This document shows, piece after piece, positions 8,980 through 17,956 of a stretch of DNA of 64,000 nucleotides. The notes under the pieces are model-generated. The model was not told the origin of the DNA and made no database searches. It was given only the letters and a program-made list of their open reading frames with translations. Position 1 is the first letter of the stretch. Each line of letters begins with the position of its first letter. The position numbers were made by a program, and so were the translations under genes. Source of the DNA: an uncultured Bdellovibrionales bacterium (GTDB taxonomy: Bacteria > Bdellovibrionota_C > UBA2361 > SZUA-149 > CAZDWZ01); contig CAZDWZ010000005.1 of assembly GCA_964509425.1 (NCBI GenBank), forward strand, positions 277,859 through 341,858, in the 5' to 3' direction.

Positions 8980-9506
8980 TTAATTCGGGTGAGGCCTTTC
9001 CGGCGCGAGTCCGATGACCCTGGGCCCGAATCATCGGGGTCAGTCTCTTCCGGGTGATAGTCTCTCGGACGGAAGCTGTGGATCGTGGTCAGGTTCGGCT
9101 TTGGTCTCGGTTCGGCGGCGGGCGGTGGACCTTCGGCATTTGTCGCCTGCTGATCCGCTTCTTGCACGTAGCTGCTTGATCTGATTTCACCGGGGACGTC
9201 CTCGGGCCACACAACTCGTTCACCATCCGCCGAGGTGATTCCCCAAATCGACGCCCAGGGCACAAAACATTCGTGATACTGGCCGGAGAATTTCAAATAT
9301 GAAGTGATGCCGTTCTCGTCGTGATCCGTTTTTCCTTGAAACAGATAACTAAGCTTCAGCAGAAGTGCCTGATGATCTTTTAGATGTTGGGGGACGACGA
9401 CATCGTCTCGGCGGGCATCGATCTGGATAAGCACGTGATCGCCCTTCATCCAATCGACAAAGAGCTTAATTTTATTCAACGGAACGAGACCGCCGTGCTT
9501 AGACAT
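8976..9506 (-). CDS. sspB: ClpXP protease specificity-enhancing factor SspB.
   Basis: N-terminal pattern LFVDWMKGDHVLIQIDA...VVPQH...LKLSYLF...SYLKFSGQY..CFVPW.SIWGI parallels E. coli SspB. Acidic disordered tail ending GLTRIK (ClpX-binding XB-like motif). Sits divergently next to rplM-rpsI as in gamma-proteobacteria. Confidence 0.65.
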   Translation of the reverse strand: MSKHGGLVPLNKIKLFVDWMKGDHVLIQIDARRDDVVVPQHLKDHQALLLKLSYLFQGKTDHDENGITSYLKFSGQYHECFVPWASIWGITSADGERVVWPEDVPGEIRSSSYVQEADQQATNAEGPPPAAEPRPKPNLTTIHSFRPRDYHPEETDPDDSGPGSSDSRRKGLTRIK

Positions 9507-9645
9507 ATGATTTCCCAGTGGATAAGTAGGATATATCCACTATTTATTATTCTCAATAGCGTAACCGGACCCGGCATAAAAGCCGAGTGCTTCCCCTAAG
9601 CCGGAAATCTGCGTAATGAAACGACTCATTTATCGAGCCTTTAGG

Positions 9646-9674
9646 TTGACGCCGGTGCCCGCTGTGGTATTTAC
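9646..9674 (+). promoter_or_regulatory. Candidate sigma-70 promoter for rplM-rpsI (TTGACG - 16/17 bp - TATTTA).
   Basis: -35 TTGACG at 9646-9651 and a -10-like TATTTAC at 9668-9674, about 40 nt upstream of the rplM ATG. Sequence reading only. Confidence 0.3.
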
Positions 9675-9713
9675 GGCCGCTCGCTTTTTCAGAATTAATA
9701 CTTTTTGGCCCTT

Positions 9714-10148
9714 ATGAAGACGTTTGTTGAAACTGTGGAAGCTGCCAACGCTGGCAGAAAGTGGTGGATTGTCGATGCAAAAGGCAAAGTCGTAGGACGT
9801 GTCGCATCCCAAGTTGCTGCAATCCTTCGAGGAAAGCGCAATCCTCGCTATACCCCGAATATCGATACCGGTGATCACGTCGTGATCATCAACGCGGCTG
9901 AAATCGAGTTCACCGGCGGAAAAGAAGCGAAGAAAGTCTATTACAAGCACACCGGCTTTGTCGGGAGCGTCAAGGAAAAGACCGCAGGACAGCTCCTCGC
10001 GCAGGATCCTGAAGCAGTCGTTACGGGCGCAGTTCAGGGCATGTTGCCGAAGAACGCTCTTGGACGGAAGCAGCTCAGCAAGCTGAAGGTCTACGCCGGT
10101 TCGGAACACCCACACGCGGCACAATCACCGCAAAAAATTGAATTATAA
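9714..10148 (+). CDS. rplM: 50S ribosomal protein L13.
   Basis: MKTFVETVEAANAGRKWWIVDAKGKVVGRVASQVAAILRGK...YTP..DTGD.V...NA..I..TG.K...K.YY.HTG. The track ORF starts at a TTG 9 nt upstream; the ATG at 9714 matches the canonical MKTF start. Confidence 0.95.
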   Translation: MKTFVETVEAANAGRKWWIVDAKGKVVGRVASQVAAILRGKRNPRYTPNIDTGDHVVIINAAEIEFTGGKEAKKVYYKHTGFVGSVKEKTAGQLLAQDPEAVVTGAVQGMLPKNALGRKQLSKLKVYAGSEHPHAAQSPQKIEL

Positions 10149-10166
10149 GAGACGAGAAATTACGAG

Positions 10167-10613
10167 ATGGCAACGAAAGCAGCTTTTGCAACCGGACGAA
10201 GAAAGACCTCGACCGCCCGAGTTTATATGTTCCCGAAGGGGACGCTGACCGCAGACGGCAAACTGAATAAGGAAGCGCCGGCCGCCGAGGAAAAAGGAAA
10301 GATTGTTGTAAACGGTCGTGCATTCGAGAATTATTTCGGCCATGACGTGCGGCAGATGGTGATCAACCAGCCGCTCGAAGTTACTGACCGCCTCGGCCAT
10401 TATGATTTCCGCGTCCTTGTTCAGGGCGGAGGGATCGCCGGACAAGCTGGAGCGATTCGCCACGGCATCGCGCGCGTTTTGCAAAAGACCGAGCCGGAGC
10501 TCCGGGGAGCTTTGAAGAAGGAAGGATTCTTGACTCGTGACCCGAGAGCGGTCGAGCGTAAGAAGCCAGGCCGTCACAAGGCGAGAAAGCGTCCGCAGTT
10601 CTCGAAGCGATAG
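10167..10613 (+). CDS. rpsI: 30S ribosomal protein S9.
   Basis: [12 protein letters not shown]...[19 protein letters not shown]...[25 protein letters not shown]. Confidence 0.95.
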   Translation: MATKAAFATGRRKTSTARVYMFPKGTLTADGKLNKEAPAAEEKGKIVVNGRAFENYFGHDVRQMVINQPLEVTDRLGHYDFRVLVQGGGIAGQAGAIRHGIARVLQKTEPELRGALKKEGFLTRDPRAVERKKPGRHKARKRPQFSKR

Positions 10614-10647
10614 TATCGCTGCGTTTGGCACGCTTGTTTGCTGAAGA

Positions 10648-10679
10648 GCCCGCCCGGTTTCCGAGCGGGCTTTTTTTTT
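10648..10679 (+). terminator. Rho-independent terminator of rplM-rpsI.
   Basis: GC-rich 10-bp stem (GCCCGCCCGG / CCGAGCGGGC, one mismatch) with a 3-nt loop followed by T9, 35 nt after the rpsI stop. Confidence 0.7.
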
Positions 10680-10695
10680 GGATTGGAGGTGTTCG

Positions 10696-11400
10696 ATGAG
10701 AGTACATTTCATTCAGCATGTTGCCTTTGAGACCCCCGGGAATATCCTTCCCTTCGTCGCCAAAAAGGGGTGGACCGCGACCTACACCAAGATCCACGAG
10801 TCTCCCCAGTTTCCTCGTGCAGATGAAATAGATGCCGTCGTCATAATGGGAGGGCCGATGAGCGCCTACGATGACGATGCATTGAACTGGCTGAAACCTG
10901 AGAAAGCCTTCATCGAAGATGCGATTCGAACGGGGAAAAAAGTTCTCGGCATCTGCCTCGGAGCGCAGCTTATTGCCGATGTGCTTGGAGCAAAGGTCTA
11001 TCCGGGGCCCGAAAAGGAAATCGGTTGGTTCCCGGTGTGGCTGACAGAGGCTGGAAAAACGTCACGAATGTTTGAGGGGATGAGTCCGGAGTTTGTCCCC
11101 CTCCATTGGCATGGTGATACGTTTGATCTTCCGAAAGGTGCCGTGTGTCTCGCGTCGAGTGAGCTTACCCGGAATCAGGCGTTTTCGTTTGGCCTCACGG
11201 TCCTCGCCCTGCAGTTTCACATCGAGATGAGTTTTGATGATGCAAGCGATATCTCTTCGCATTGCGCCAGAGAGCTGACCAAGGCCAGATGGGTCCAGAC
11301 AGCGGATGAAATCTCGGGACAGACGAAGCTGTTCGCCGAAAACGCGCGTCATCTCGATATCATTCTCGAGAATTTCTTTTCAGCCGCGGAGCGGCAATAA
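10696..11400 (+). CDS. Class I glutamine amidotransferase-like protein (GATase1 fold).
   Basis: ATG at 10696 preceded by GGAGG. GICLGAQLIA nucleophile-elbow cysteine motif and a downstream HWH/FH..E His-Glu region. Confidence 0.7.
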   Translation: MRVHFIQHVAFETPGNILPFVAKKGWTATYTKIHESPQFPRADEIDAVVIMGGPMSAYDDDALNWLKPEKAFIEDAIRTGKKVLGICLGAQLIADVLGAKVYPGPEKEIGWFPVWLTEAGKTSRMFEGMSPEFVPLHWHGDTFDLPKGAVCLASSELTRNQAFSFGLTVLALQFHIEMSFDDASDISSHCARELTKARWVQTADEISGQTKLFAENARHLDIILENFFSAAERQ

Positions 11401-11438
11401 ACAGCTCGGAAGACCGGGCTTCCAAAATTCGCCGTCCG

Positions 11439-13007
11439 CTAGGCGGAGCTGTTTGCCTCGGTCATGATTCCTTGGGCGGTAGAGACTGCCGGCTCCCGGC
11501 AGACGACGGCGACCTGCGTAAACATATCTCTGGGGCCGAAATAATAGCTTTCCATTTTTAACCCCGCATCGCTCACCATTCGCTCGACATGAGCTCTCGA
11601 CTGAACGCGGGTGATTTCATCGGGATGGAATTTAACGTCCTTTTTCCCGAGGATGTTTCTGAATATCCATCCGAGAGATTTGAAGAAGAGAACGCTGAAG
11701 CCAAACTCCGGCGGCCAAAAAATCACGATTCGGCCTTCAGGTTTCACCACTCTTCTAAACTCTTTCAAGATCTGGTTGATTTCAGTCTCGGAGAAGTGCT
11801 CCATCACACCGAGGTTGTAGATCCCGTCGACTGAGGAGTCAGGAAGGGGAATCTCAAAAATGCTGCCGTGAAGGACTTCGGATTCCGGCCCGTGCGTGCG
11901 CTTGTAATACTGCAATGCGTTCGCCGAGATATCAAAACCGATAACGCGGAATTTTTTCTTGAGCGACAAGTCGACCTGGCCGCTGCCGCAGCCCGCATGA
12001 AGCAGCCGTGAACCGGGAGTGAAGTGAGAGTTGAGGGAGTGGGCCAAGGCAGGCCCAATAATCAACTTCCGGTAGAGGGAAGCGACGGCATCATAGAGAA
12101 TTCCGCCGCTCTGCTTCTTGGTGCTCCAGTAGTCGTCCCAACCCTGAGGATCGACTTTCGACTTGTCGATGAGGCTTGGGTCTAGGGGTTCAGAAACTTG
12201 GAATTTTTCGGGATTGAATATGGAGATGAAAAATGTAGAGAAGAGAAGAGTTACGCTTCGCTTCACCTCGGCAAACGTCATCTTCGAACTGCCGTAGGTG
12301 CGGGCCGGGAGCTCGATTGGAATCTCGGCGATGACGAAGCCGTTTTTGTGAAAAATATAGAGGCTCTCAAAAAAGAACGCGTAGCCTCGAGATTGAATCA
12401 CGTCGAATGCATGCCGCGGGATATTCGTCAGCTTGTAGAGTCTGAGAGCGCCGGTGGCGTCGTATCTCATGCCGAGAAGAAATCGGGTTAAAATATGGCC
12501 GACGTTCGTGAGACTGCGGCGGAGCAGGTTCCAACCCGGAAGGCTATTTGAACGCATGAACCTCGAGCCGAGAACGATACTCGCGTCCGGCCTCCGCTCC
12601 GACTCTTGGAGAAGGTCGCGAACCCTTGCGGGCGGATGGGTAAAATCGGAATCCATCGTCACGAGAATGTCGTAGCCATTTTCGTAGGCCCAGTTAATGC
12701 CGTCAAAGTGCGCCGAGCCGATACCGAGCTTCCCGCTCCGGTGGATAATCTTCACATTCGGATGTTTCTCGGCGAGCCGGTCGAGAATCTCGCCGGTGCC
12801 GTCAGGTGAATTGTCGTCAAGAAAGACGATATCAAGGTCGAGGTTCAGGTCGAGGAGGCCCGCGCAGAGGGGTTCGACATTTTCCTTTTCGTTATACGTC
12901 GGGATGAAGACGAGCGCTCTGTTCACAATATAACCAAGCAAATTTGATTTTCGTTCATATTCTGGTTTGGAACAGAACACGAGAATTCTCAATACGGGGG
13001 CGGCCAC
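11439..13007 (-). CDS. Bifunctional protein: N-terminal GT2 polyprenol-phosphate glycosyltransferase (DPM-synthase/ArnC-like) fused to a C-terminal class I SAM-dependent methyltransferase.
   Basis: N-terminal FIPTYNE..N...DD.SPDGT and TMDSDFTHPP (GT2 DxD and acceptor motifs); C-terminal HAGCGSGQ with VMEHF. Start uncertain: the longest ORF begins with a GTG at 13007 that lacks an SD, and an alternative GTG (MNRALVFIPTYNE) lies at 12926. Confidence 0.7.
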   Translation of the reverse strand: MAAPVLRILVFCSKPEYERKSNLLGYIVNRALVFIPTYNEKENVEPLCAGLLDLNLDLDIVFLDDNSPDGTGEILDRLAEKHPNVKIIHRSGKLGIGSAHFDGINWAYENGYDILVTMDSDFTHPPARVRDLLQESERRPDASIVLGSRFMRSNSLPGWNLLRRSLTNVGHILTRFLLGMRYDATGALRLYKLTNIPRHAFDVIQSRGYAFFFESLYIFHKNGFVIAEIPIELPARTYGSSKMTFAEVKRSVTLLFSTFFISIFNPEKFQVSEPLDPSLIDKSKVDPQGWDDYWSTKKQSGGILYDAVASLYRKLIIGPALAHSLNSHFTPGSRLLHAGCGSGQVDLSLKKKFRVIGFDISANALQYYKRTHGPESEVLHGSIFEIPLPDSSVDGIYNLGVMEHFSETEINQILKEFRRVVKPEGRIVIFWPPEFGFSVLFFKSLGWIFRNILGKKDVKFHPDEITRVQSRAHVERMVSDAGLKMESYYFGPRDMFTQVAVVCREPAVSTAQGIMTEANSSA

Positions 13008-13199
13008 CGGAGGATCACCAAAACCGCCAGAAAATATCTTGTAACTGGAAAACTAGGCCGGAGCTAGCACCTTCTTGATTAATCCGAAGGTGAAATCGTG
13101 CGGTGTCTCGCTCGGTTTCTCATGATATATTGCGTCTTCCGGTTTGAAATCCGACTCTAAGTTTAGGCTATAAGGGAATCTCGAAAATATCAGGGGGTT

Positions 13200-14459
13200 A
13201 TGCATCTCATTCACCGAACGACTTGCCGAGTTTGCAGTTCATCCGCGCTTACACCGGTGATTGATATAGGAGAACAGCACCTCCAAGGATCATTCGTCAA
13301 AGAAGGGAAGGAGCTTCCCCCATCGCGGCGAATTTCAACCTCACTTGTCCGATGTGATCCCTCCCGAGATGAGCATGCATGCGGGCTGCTCCAAATGGCG
13401 CACACGGTTCCACCGGAGATCCTCTACTCTGCGTATTGGTATCGTTCCGGAACGAACCGGACGATGAAGGATCACCTGAAGGGGATAGTCGAACAGGTCG
13501 TCGATCTTGTGAAGGTGCCAAACGCCCATGTGCTCGACATCGGTTGCAACGACGGCACGTTGCTCAGTTACTATCCCGATACCTATACCTGCTTTGGAGT
13601 TGATCCTTCCGACATCGCCCAGGAAGCAAACGTCAAGGCGAAGATCATTCAAGCGCTCTTTCCTTCAAAAGAGCTCACGAGGGAGTTAAACGGCAAGAAG
13701 CTCGACATCATCACCGCGATAGCGATGTTCTATGATCTCGAGGATCCCGTGAGCTTCACGAAGGCAATTAAGAATCAGCTCTCGGACGAAGGTATCTGGG
13801 TATTTGAGATGTCGTATATGCCGACGATGCTCAAGATGAACTCCTATGACACCATTTGCCATGAGCATCTTGAGTACTACAGTCTCGCGGTAATCGAGAA
13901 TATTCTCGATCGCGCCGGCATGAAGATCGTAAACGTTGAGTTGAATGACATTAACGGCGGCAGTATCCGCTGCTTTGCGACGCATACCGAGAATTTCAAG
14001 TTTAAACGTGAGCAATTCGCCCGGCAGATATCCGTTCTTCGGCAGGAAGAGTTTGATCTGGAACTCGACACGGATAAGCCGTACCGGAACTTTCAGGATC
14101 GCATCAACGTCCACCGCGAGCAGCTCAACAGCCTGCTGCGCGATTTGAAGAAGAAGGGCAGCCGAATTCACGTCTACGGAGCTTCGACCAAAGGCAACAC
14201 TATCCTCCAGTGGTGCGGAATCGATCACCGGATTATCGACTTTGCGGCAGAGCGGAATCCGGATAAATACGGTGCCATGACCCTCGGAACAGATATCCCG
14301 ATTATCAGTGAAGCTGAATCGCGTGCGATGAAGCCTGATTTCTATCTCGTGCTTCCGTGGCACTTTAAGAAAGAATTTGTGGAGCGAGAGCGCGACATCA
14401 TGCGGGAAGGGACCCAGATGATCTTCCCGCTGCCCAATGTCGATGTCATCAAGGCCTAA
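13200..14459 (+). CDS. C-methyltransferase family protein (NDP-hexose C-methyltransferase TylCIII-like architecture: N-terminal Cys-rich zinc-binding region, SAM-MT core, C-terminal C-methyltransferase domain).
   Basis: ATG after AGGGGG. N-terminal C-x2-C...C cluster, a central DIGCNDG SAM motif, and a long C-terminal domain. 419 aa. Confidence 0.65.
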   Translation: MHLIHRTTCRVCSSSALTPVIDIGEQHLQGSFVKEGKELPPSRRISTSLVRCDPSRDEHACGLLQMAHTVPPEILYSAYWYRSGTNRTMKDHLKGIVEQVVDLVKVPNAHVLDIGCNDGTLLSYYPDTYTCFGVDPSDIAQEANVKAKIIQALFPSKELTRELNGKKLDIITAIAMFYDLEDPVSFTKAIKNQLSDEGIWVFEMSYMPTMLKMNSYDTICHEHLEYYSLAVIENILDRAGMKIVNVELNDINGGSIRCFATHTENFKFKREQFARQISVLRQEEFDLELDTDKPYRNFQDRINVHREQLNSLLRDLKKKGSRIHVYGASTKGNTILQWCGIDHRIIDFAAERNPDKYGAMTLGTDIPIISEAESRAMKPDFYLVLPWHFKKEFVERERDIMREGTQMIFPLPNVDVIKA

Positions 14460-16101
14460 AATCTGGCTATTTTCTGTCCTCGTTTTGGCGACGGCCCTGA
14501 GGTTGATGGGGCTGTCTTGGGGGATACCGACTGCTGAGATTCCGCATCGCCCGTTTCATCCTGATGAAGTGTGGGAGATGCGGGTGCTGTCTCAGCTAAA
14601 TCCTGAAGCAGGAGATTTTCTTCCCGAAGAGGCGTTTCGCGAGGGGCCGGTCAGCGCCTATGTGTGGGTCTACAGTGGGATGATCGCCCGGCAATTCGGG
14701 TTCTTGAGTTTCCTTCCGTATCAAATCGGCACCGAAGATATCTATTATGCTTCATTCGTCAGCTTCGCTCGAGGAATCGTCGTCTTTCTCGACATCCTCT
14801 CGGTTGCCCTGATCTTCTTCTCGATCCGCCTGATGACTCCAGTGCTTCCGGCAGCGGTGCTGGGCTCTTTGGCGCTCGCTGTCTGTCCGTTCGAGATCAT
14901 CTACAGCCGGTTCATGCGGACCCATACGATGGCAAATTTCTTTGCTTGCCTCGTGATGTTTTTCTCGGCGTATTTGTATCGCTCGAAAAGTAAACTTCTC
15001 GGGGCGGTCATCGGTCTTTTGATCGGAGTGAGCTCGGCCACTCGCTATCCGACGGTCATTGTCGGAGTGGTGCCTGGTTTGATGATCATTTTCGCCCGTT
15101 TTGGCGAGCTGAAAGCTCTCGGCAAGCCTATCCGTGAACGTGTATTTGCCGTCCTCCTCGACGGGCAACTTTGGGCGCTTCTCGTGTGCTCGGTGTTCGG
15201 GTTCCTTTTTTCGGCCCCGGCGTTTTTATTCAACTTCGACGAAATCCTTCCCCATTTGCAGTATCAGGCGAAATTCGCAGACACGAAGGAATTCTCGTTC
15301 TTAAACCTTTTCAGCTTGTTTCGACTTCTCGCCTACGTGATAGAGATTATCCCCTACGGGACCTATCCGTTATTGTGGCTTCTTTTCTACGGCTCCGTTT
15401 TTTTTCTGTTGTTTCGGAAGTCGAGCTACCGATACTCGATTCCTCTCCTCGTGATGCTTTTTGGTTACCTCTACGGGATGGGGAAGGGGTATCTCACCGG
15501 GCCGCTTTTCATCCGGGCCGTGATTTTGATGTTCCCTGGATTTGCCATTCTATTCGGTCTGGCGGTTGCCGAGTGCTTTCACCTCTACAAGGATCGGAAA
15601 TACGTCTGGCGAGGATTGCTCGCACTTGCGATCGCAGTACTGTCGGCCTCGGCGGTTTATGACATCTCTTACGGGTTGGCGCTCGAGCGCGACGATCCCA
15701 GGATTCAGCTCTACAAGCACTTGAAGCGGCGGCTTCGTCCGCAGGGACTGGTCCTCGGGCAATATCCGGACTTTTGGAATTACTTCGTCTCCAATCCCAC
15801 CTTGGAAGTGCTGAAGAAAGATAATCTGCGGCTTGAGTACCGAGAGGATTTCGCTGAAAATCCCGGGAACGTCAATTATGTTCTTGTCTCCGCCTTCGAA
15901 GGCCGGGACTTCGAGAAAGCTCGGACTCGAATCGCCGAGCTTCGTGAAAAGGGAAAGTTTGTCGTGGAGCAGAAATTTGAGAACCCACCGACGATTTTTG
16001 GACGTTCACTCTGGTTTGAGAGTTATCCCCATGACCTCTCTTACCCATTTCCGACTCTCTACCTGTTGAGACGGAGCCCGGTCAGTGAATCTCGCGACTA
16101 A
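14437..16101 (+). CDS. GT-C fold membrane glycosyltransferase (ArnT / PMT / GT39-GT83-like).
   Basis: About 12 TM segments. The N-terminal loop LRLMGLSWGIPT...FHPDE resembles the DE-containing first periplasmic loop of ArnT/PMT enzymes. 554 aa. Confidence 0.6.
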   Translation: MSMSSRPKIWLFSVLVLATALRLMGLSWGIPTAEIPHRPFHPDEVWEMRVLSQLNPEAGDFLPEEAFREGPVSAYVWVYSGMIARQFGFLSFLPYQIGTEDIYYASFVSFARGIVVFLDILSVALIFFSIRLMTPVLPAAVLGSLALAVCPFEIIYSRFMRTHTMANFFACLVMFFSAYLYRSKSKLLGAVIGLLIGVSSATRYPTVIVGVVPGLMIIFARFGELKALGKPIRERVFAVLLDGQLWALLVCSVFGFLFSAPAFLFNFDEILPHLQYQAKFADTKEFSFLNLFSLFRLLAYVIEIIPYGTYPLLWLLFYGSVFFLLFRKSSYRYSIPLLVMLFGYLYGMGKGYLTGPLFIRAVILMFPGFAILFGLAVAECFHLYKDRKYVWRGLLALAIAVLSASAVYDISYGLALERDDPRIQLYKHLKRRLRPQGLVLGQYPDFWNYFVSNPTLEVLKKDNLRLEYREDFAENPGNVNYVLVSAFEGRDFEKARTRIAELREKGKFVVEQKFENPPTIFGRSLWFESYPHDLSYPFPTLYLLRRSPVSESRD

Positions 16102-17911
16102 CAAGCTCGAAGACGCCCGCGTCTCACCGTTTGTCTTGAGGGGAGCGATCACTCTTTTGGTGGGAGTGTGCGTCTTCCTCGTGTGGATTCGCTGCTCTTT
16201 TGACGTCCTCTTCTACCCCTGGCTTTTTCCCGATTCCTACGACTGGCTCTGGAATGCTTTCGCGTATTCTCAGGAGACCGTCGCAAAAGTTTCTCACCGA
16301 GGGATGCTCTTTACTCTTCTCGGGAGCTTTCTCTATCGAGGAGGCCTGGAGGACCTTCTTCCGTTGTTCGGCACGGTGGGTTTCGTCGGCCTTGTGCTTG
16401 CGACGTATTTCGGTACCCGGCGATTTTTTGGCGAGAAGATTGCGCTTGTATCGGCGCTTTTTCTCGGAGTCTCATCGAATACGATCGGCCAATCGGCTTA
16501 TGTCGGTTGCGACGTCGCGGCGACGGCATTTCTTACGGCCTGTATGTTCTCTTACTTGTCGTTTCTTTCCACGAAGGAGAGGTCGTCGCTTTTATTAACC
16601 GCCGTCTTCTTCGCACTCGGGCTGCACACTCAGTACATCGGCGTCATGGTGCTGCCCTTTTTGATAATCTCGTTTTTCATCTCGTGGGCGCCCGGTACAG
16701 CCGTGTTCACGACTCGCCGCGCCGTGGAGCTGAAGCGAGAATGGCGGGCATTTGTTTCCCCGCTGGTATTGGCCACTGGAATTCTTTTCGGTTTATTGCT
16801 GCCACGATGGTGGCGTTATCATCTGCTGTACGAGGAGAAGGTCAAACACGGAGAATTGGTTCAGCTTGCGTGGAATATCCCATATTACTCTGCCGGGATG
16901 CTTTCGGTCTTTTCATGGCCGATGCTGCTCTTCGCATTTTTTGGAGTGTGGAGAACTCTTCGCGATCCATCCCTCCGGCGACCGGCGGGATTTTTACTCG
17001 GTTGGTTCTTTTCCGTTTTTTTATTTTTTGCTCTGCTCTATCGTTTTGTCGACGTTCGCTTCCTCATCTATTTGTCCCCGCCTGTGTTTATCTTCGGAGC
17101 GGCCGGCGTAGAGAAGATATTCGAATTTCGAACGCTGCCGAGGGTCGTTCCAATCGCGCTTTTAGCGAGTCTCATTCTGGCCGCTCATGTCCGAACGGCA
17201 AAGTCTTGGTATGCAAACACTTTCTATATCTTTCCCGGACTCTCATTTGCGTATTCGGCGGAAGGCGGATTGGTTCATGATCCGAGCCCCTTTCAAGTTC
17301 CCATCCTCGAGGAATTTCGGTTTGCGGGTGAGTGGCGGCGGGAGATGGCCGAAGCCGAGATAGACGATCGGCGCTACTCGGAGAGCCTCGCGCGTCTCCT
17401 TCCGAAAGTTCGAAAGGAAGCGATGAAGCGAGGGCTTCCCATCCTCGTATTTGACCGACGTGAGTTATGGGAGCTGTATTTTATGCGAAACCGCAATAAA
17501 CTCTATGCTGGAACAGAGGCTATCACCGTTGAATCCTTTTCCCAGGTTTTGAATTTCGCAAAACGTTCACCGATTGTGCTGCTCATTCAGCACCGTGATA
17601 TTCCGGCATTTCGATACTTTTTGGGTTCGAAAAAGCTCCTCTCACAAAGCCTCATGCACGAGGGAGGCTGGTTGGCAGGCATATTCAATTATCCCGATCG
17701 AAAAAAATGTGCCGAAGAATTCGAAGGCAATTTTGGAGCTTATCTGATCTGCGAAAGAATTGTGAGAAGCTCTGTGTGGTGCTCGGAACGGAACTTTCTT
17801 CGTCAGCAAAGTTCTTCTCTAGAGTGTGTCACCATTTCGATGTTGCCGGAGAAGCTTCTCGCACCCTACCGGGCCCTCAAAGCCGGCTATCAAATGCTAA
17901 CGTTTTTATAG
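16085..17911 (+). CDS. Second GT-C-like polytopic membrane glycosyltransferase.
   Basis: A 608-aa polytopic membrane protein with an FPDSYDW loop near the first TM and a large C-terminal soluble domain. The GTG start overlaps the upstream gene by 17 nt. Confidence 0.5.
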   Translation: MNLATNKLEDARVSPFVLRGAITLLVGVCVFLVWIRCSFDVLFYPWLFPDSYDWLWNAFAYSQETVAKVSHRGMLFTLLGSFLYRGGLEDLLPLFGTVGFVGLVLATYFGTRRFFGEKIALVSALFLGVSSNTIGQSAYVGCDVAATAFLTACMFSYLSFLSTKERSSLLLTAVFFALGLHTQYIGVMVLPFLIISFFISWAPGTAVFTTRRAVELKREWRAFVSPLVLATGILFGLLLPRWWRYHLLYEEKVKHGELVQLAWNIPYYSAGMLSVFSWPMLLFAFFGVWRTLRDPSLRRPAGFLLGWFFSVFLFFALLYRFVDVRFLIYLSPPVFIFGAAGVEKIFEFRTLPRVVPIALLASLILAAHVRTAKSWYANTFYIFPGLSFAYSAEGGLVHDPSPFQVPILEEFRFAGEWRREMAEAEIDDRRYSESLARLLPKVRKEAMKRGLPILVFDRRELWELYFMRNRNKLYAGTEAITVESFSQVLNFAKRSPIVLLIQHRDIPAFRYFLGSKKLLSQSLMHEGGWLAGIFNYPDRKKCAEEFEGNFGAYLICERIVRSSVWCSERNFLRQQSSSLECVTISMLPEKLLAPYRALKAGYQMLTFL

Positions 17912-17956
17912 AGCGATGCTCAAACGCCTGGTGCTTTTGAAAGCCGGCAATATGGC

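Noticed and set aside
13686-14363. A 225-aa minus-strand ORF inside the C-methyltransferase gene.
   Set aside because: It is antisense to a gene with a clear SD and methyltransferase motifs.
16507-17280. A 257-aa same-strand alternative-frame ORF inside the second GT-C gene.
   Set aside because: The annotated frame encodes a continuous polytopic membrane protein. The alternative frame is Arg/Ser-rich and has no start context.
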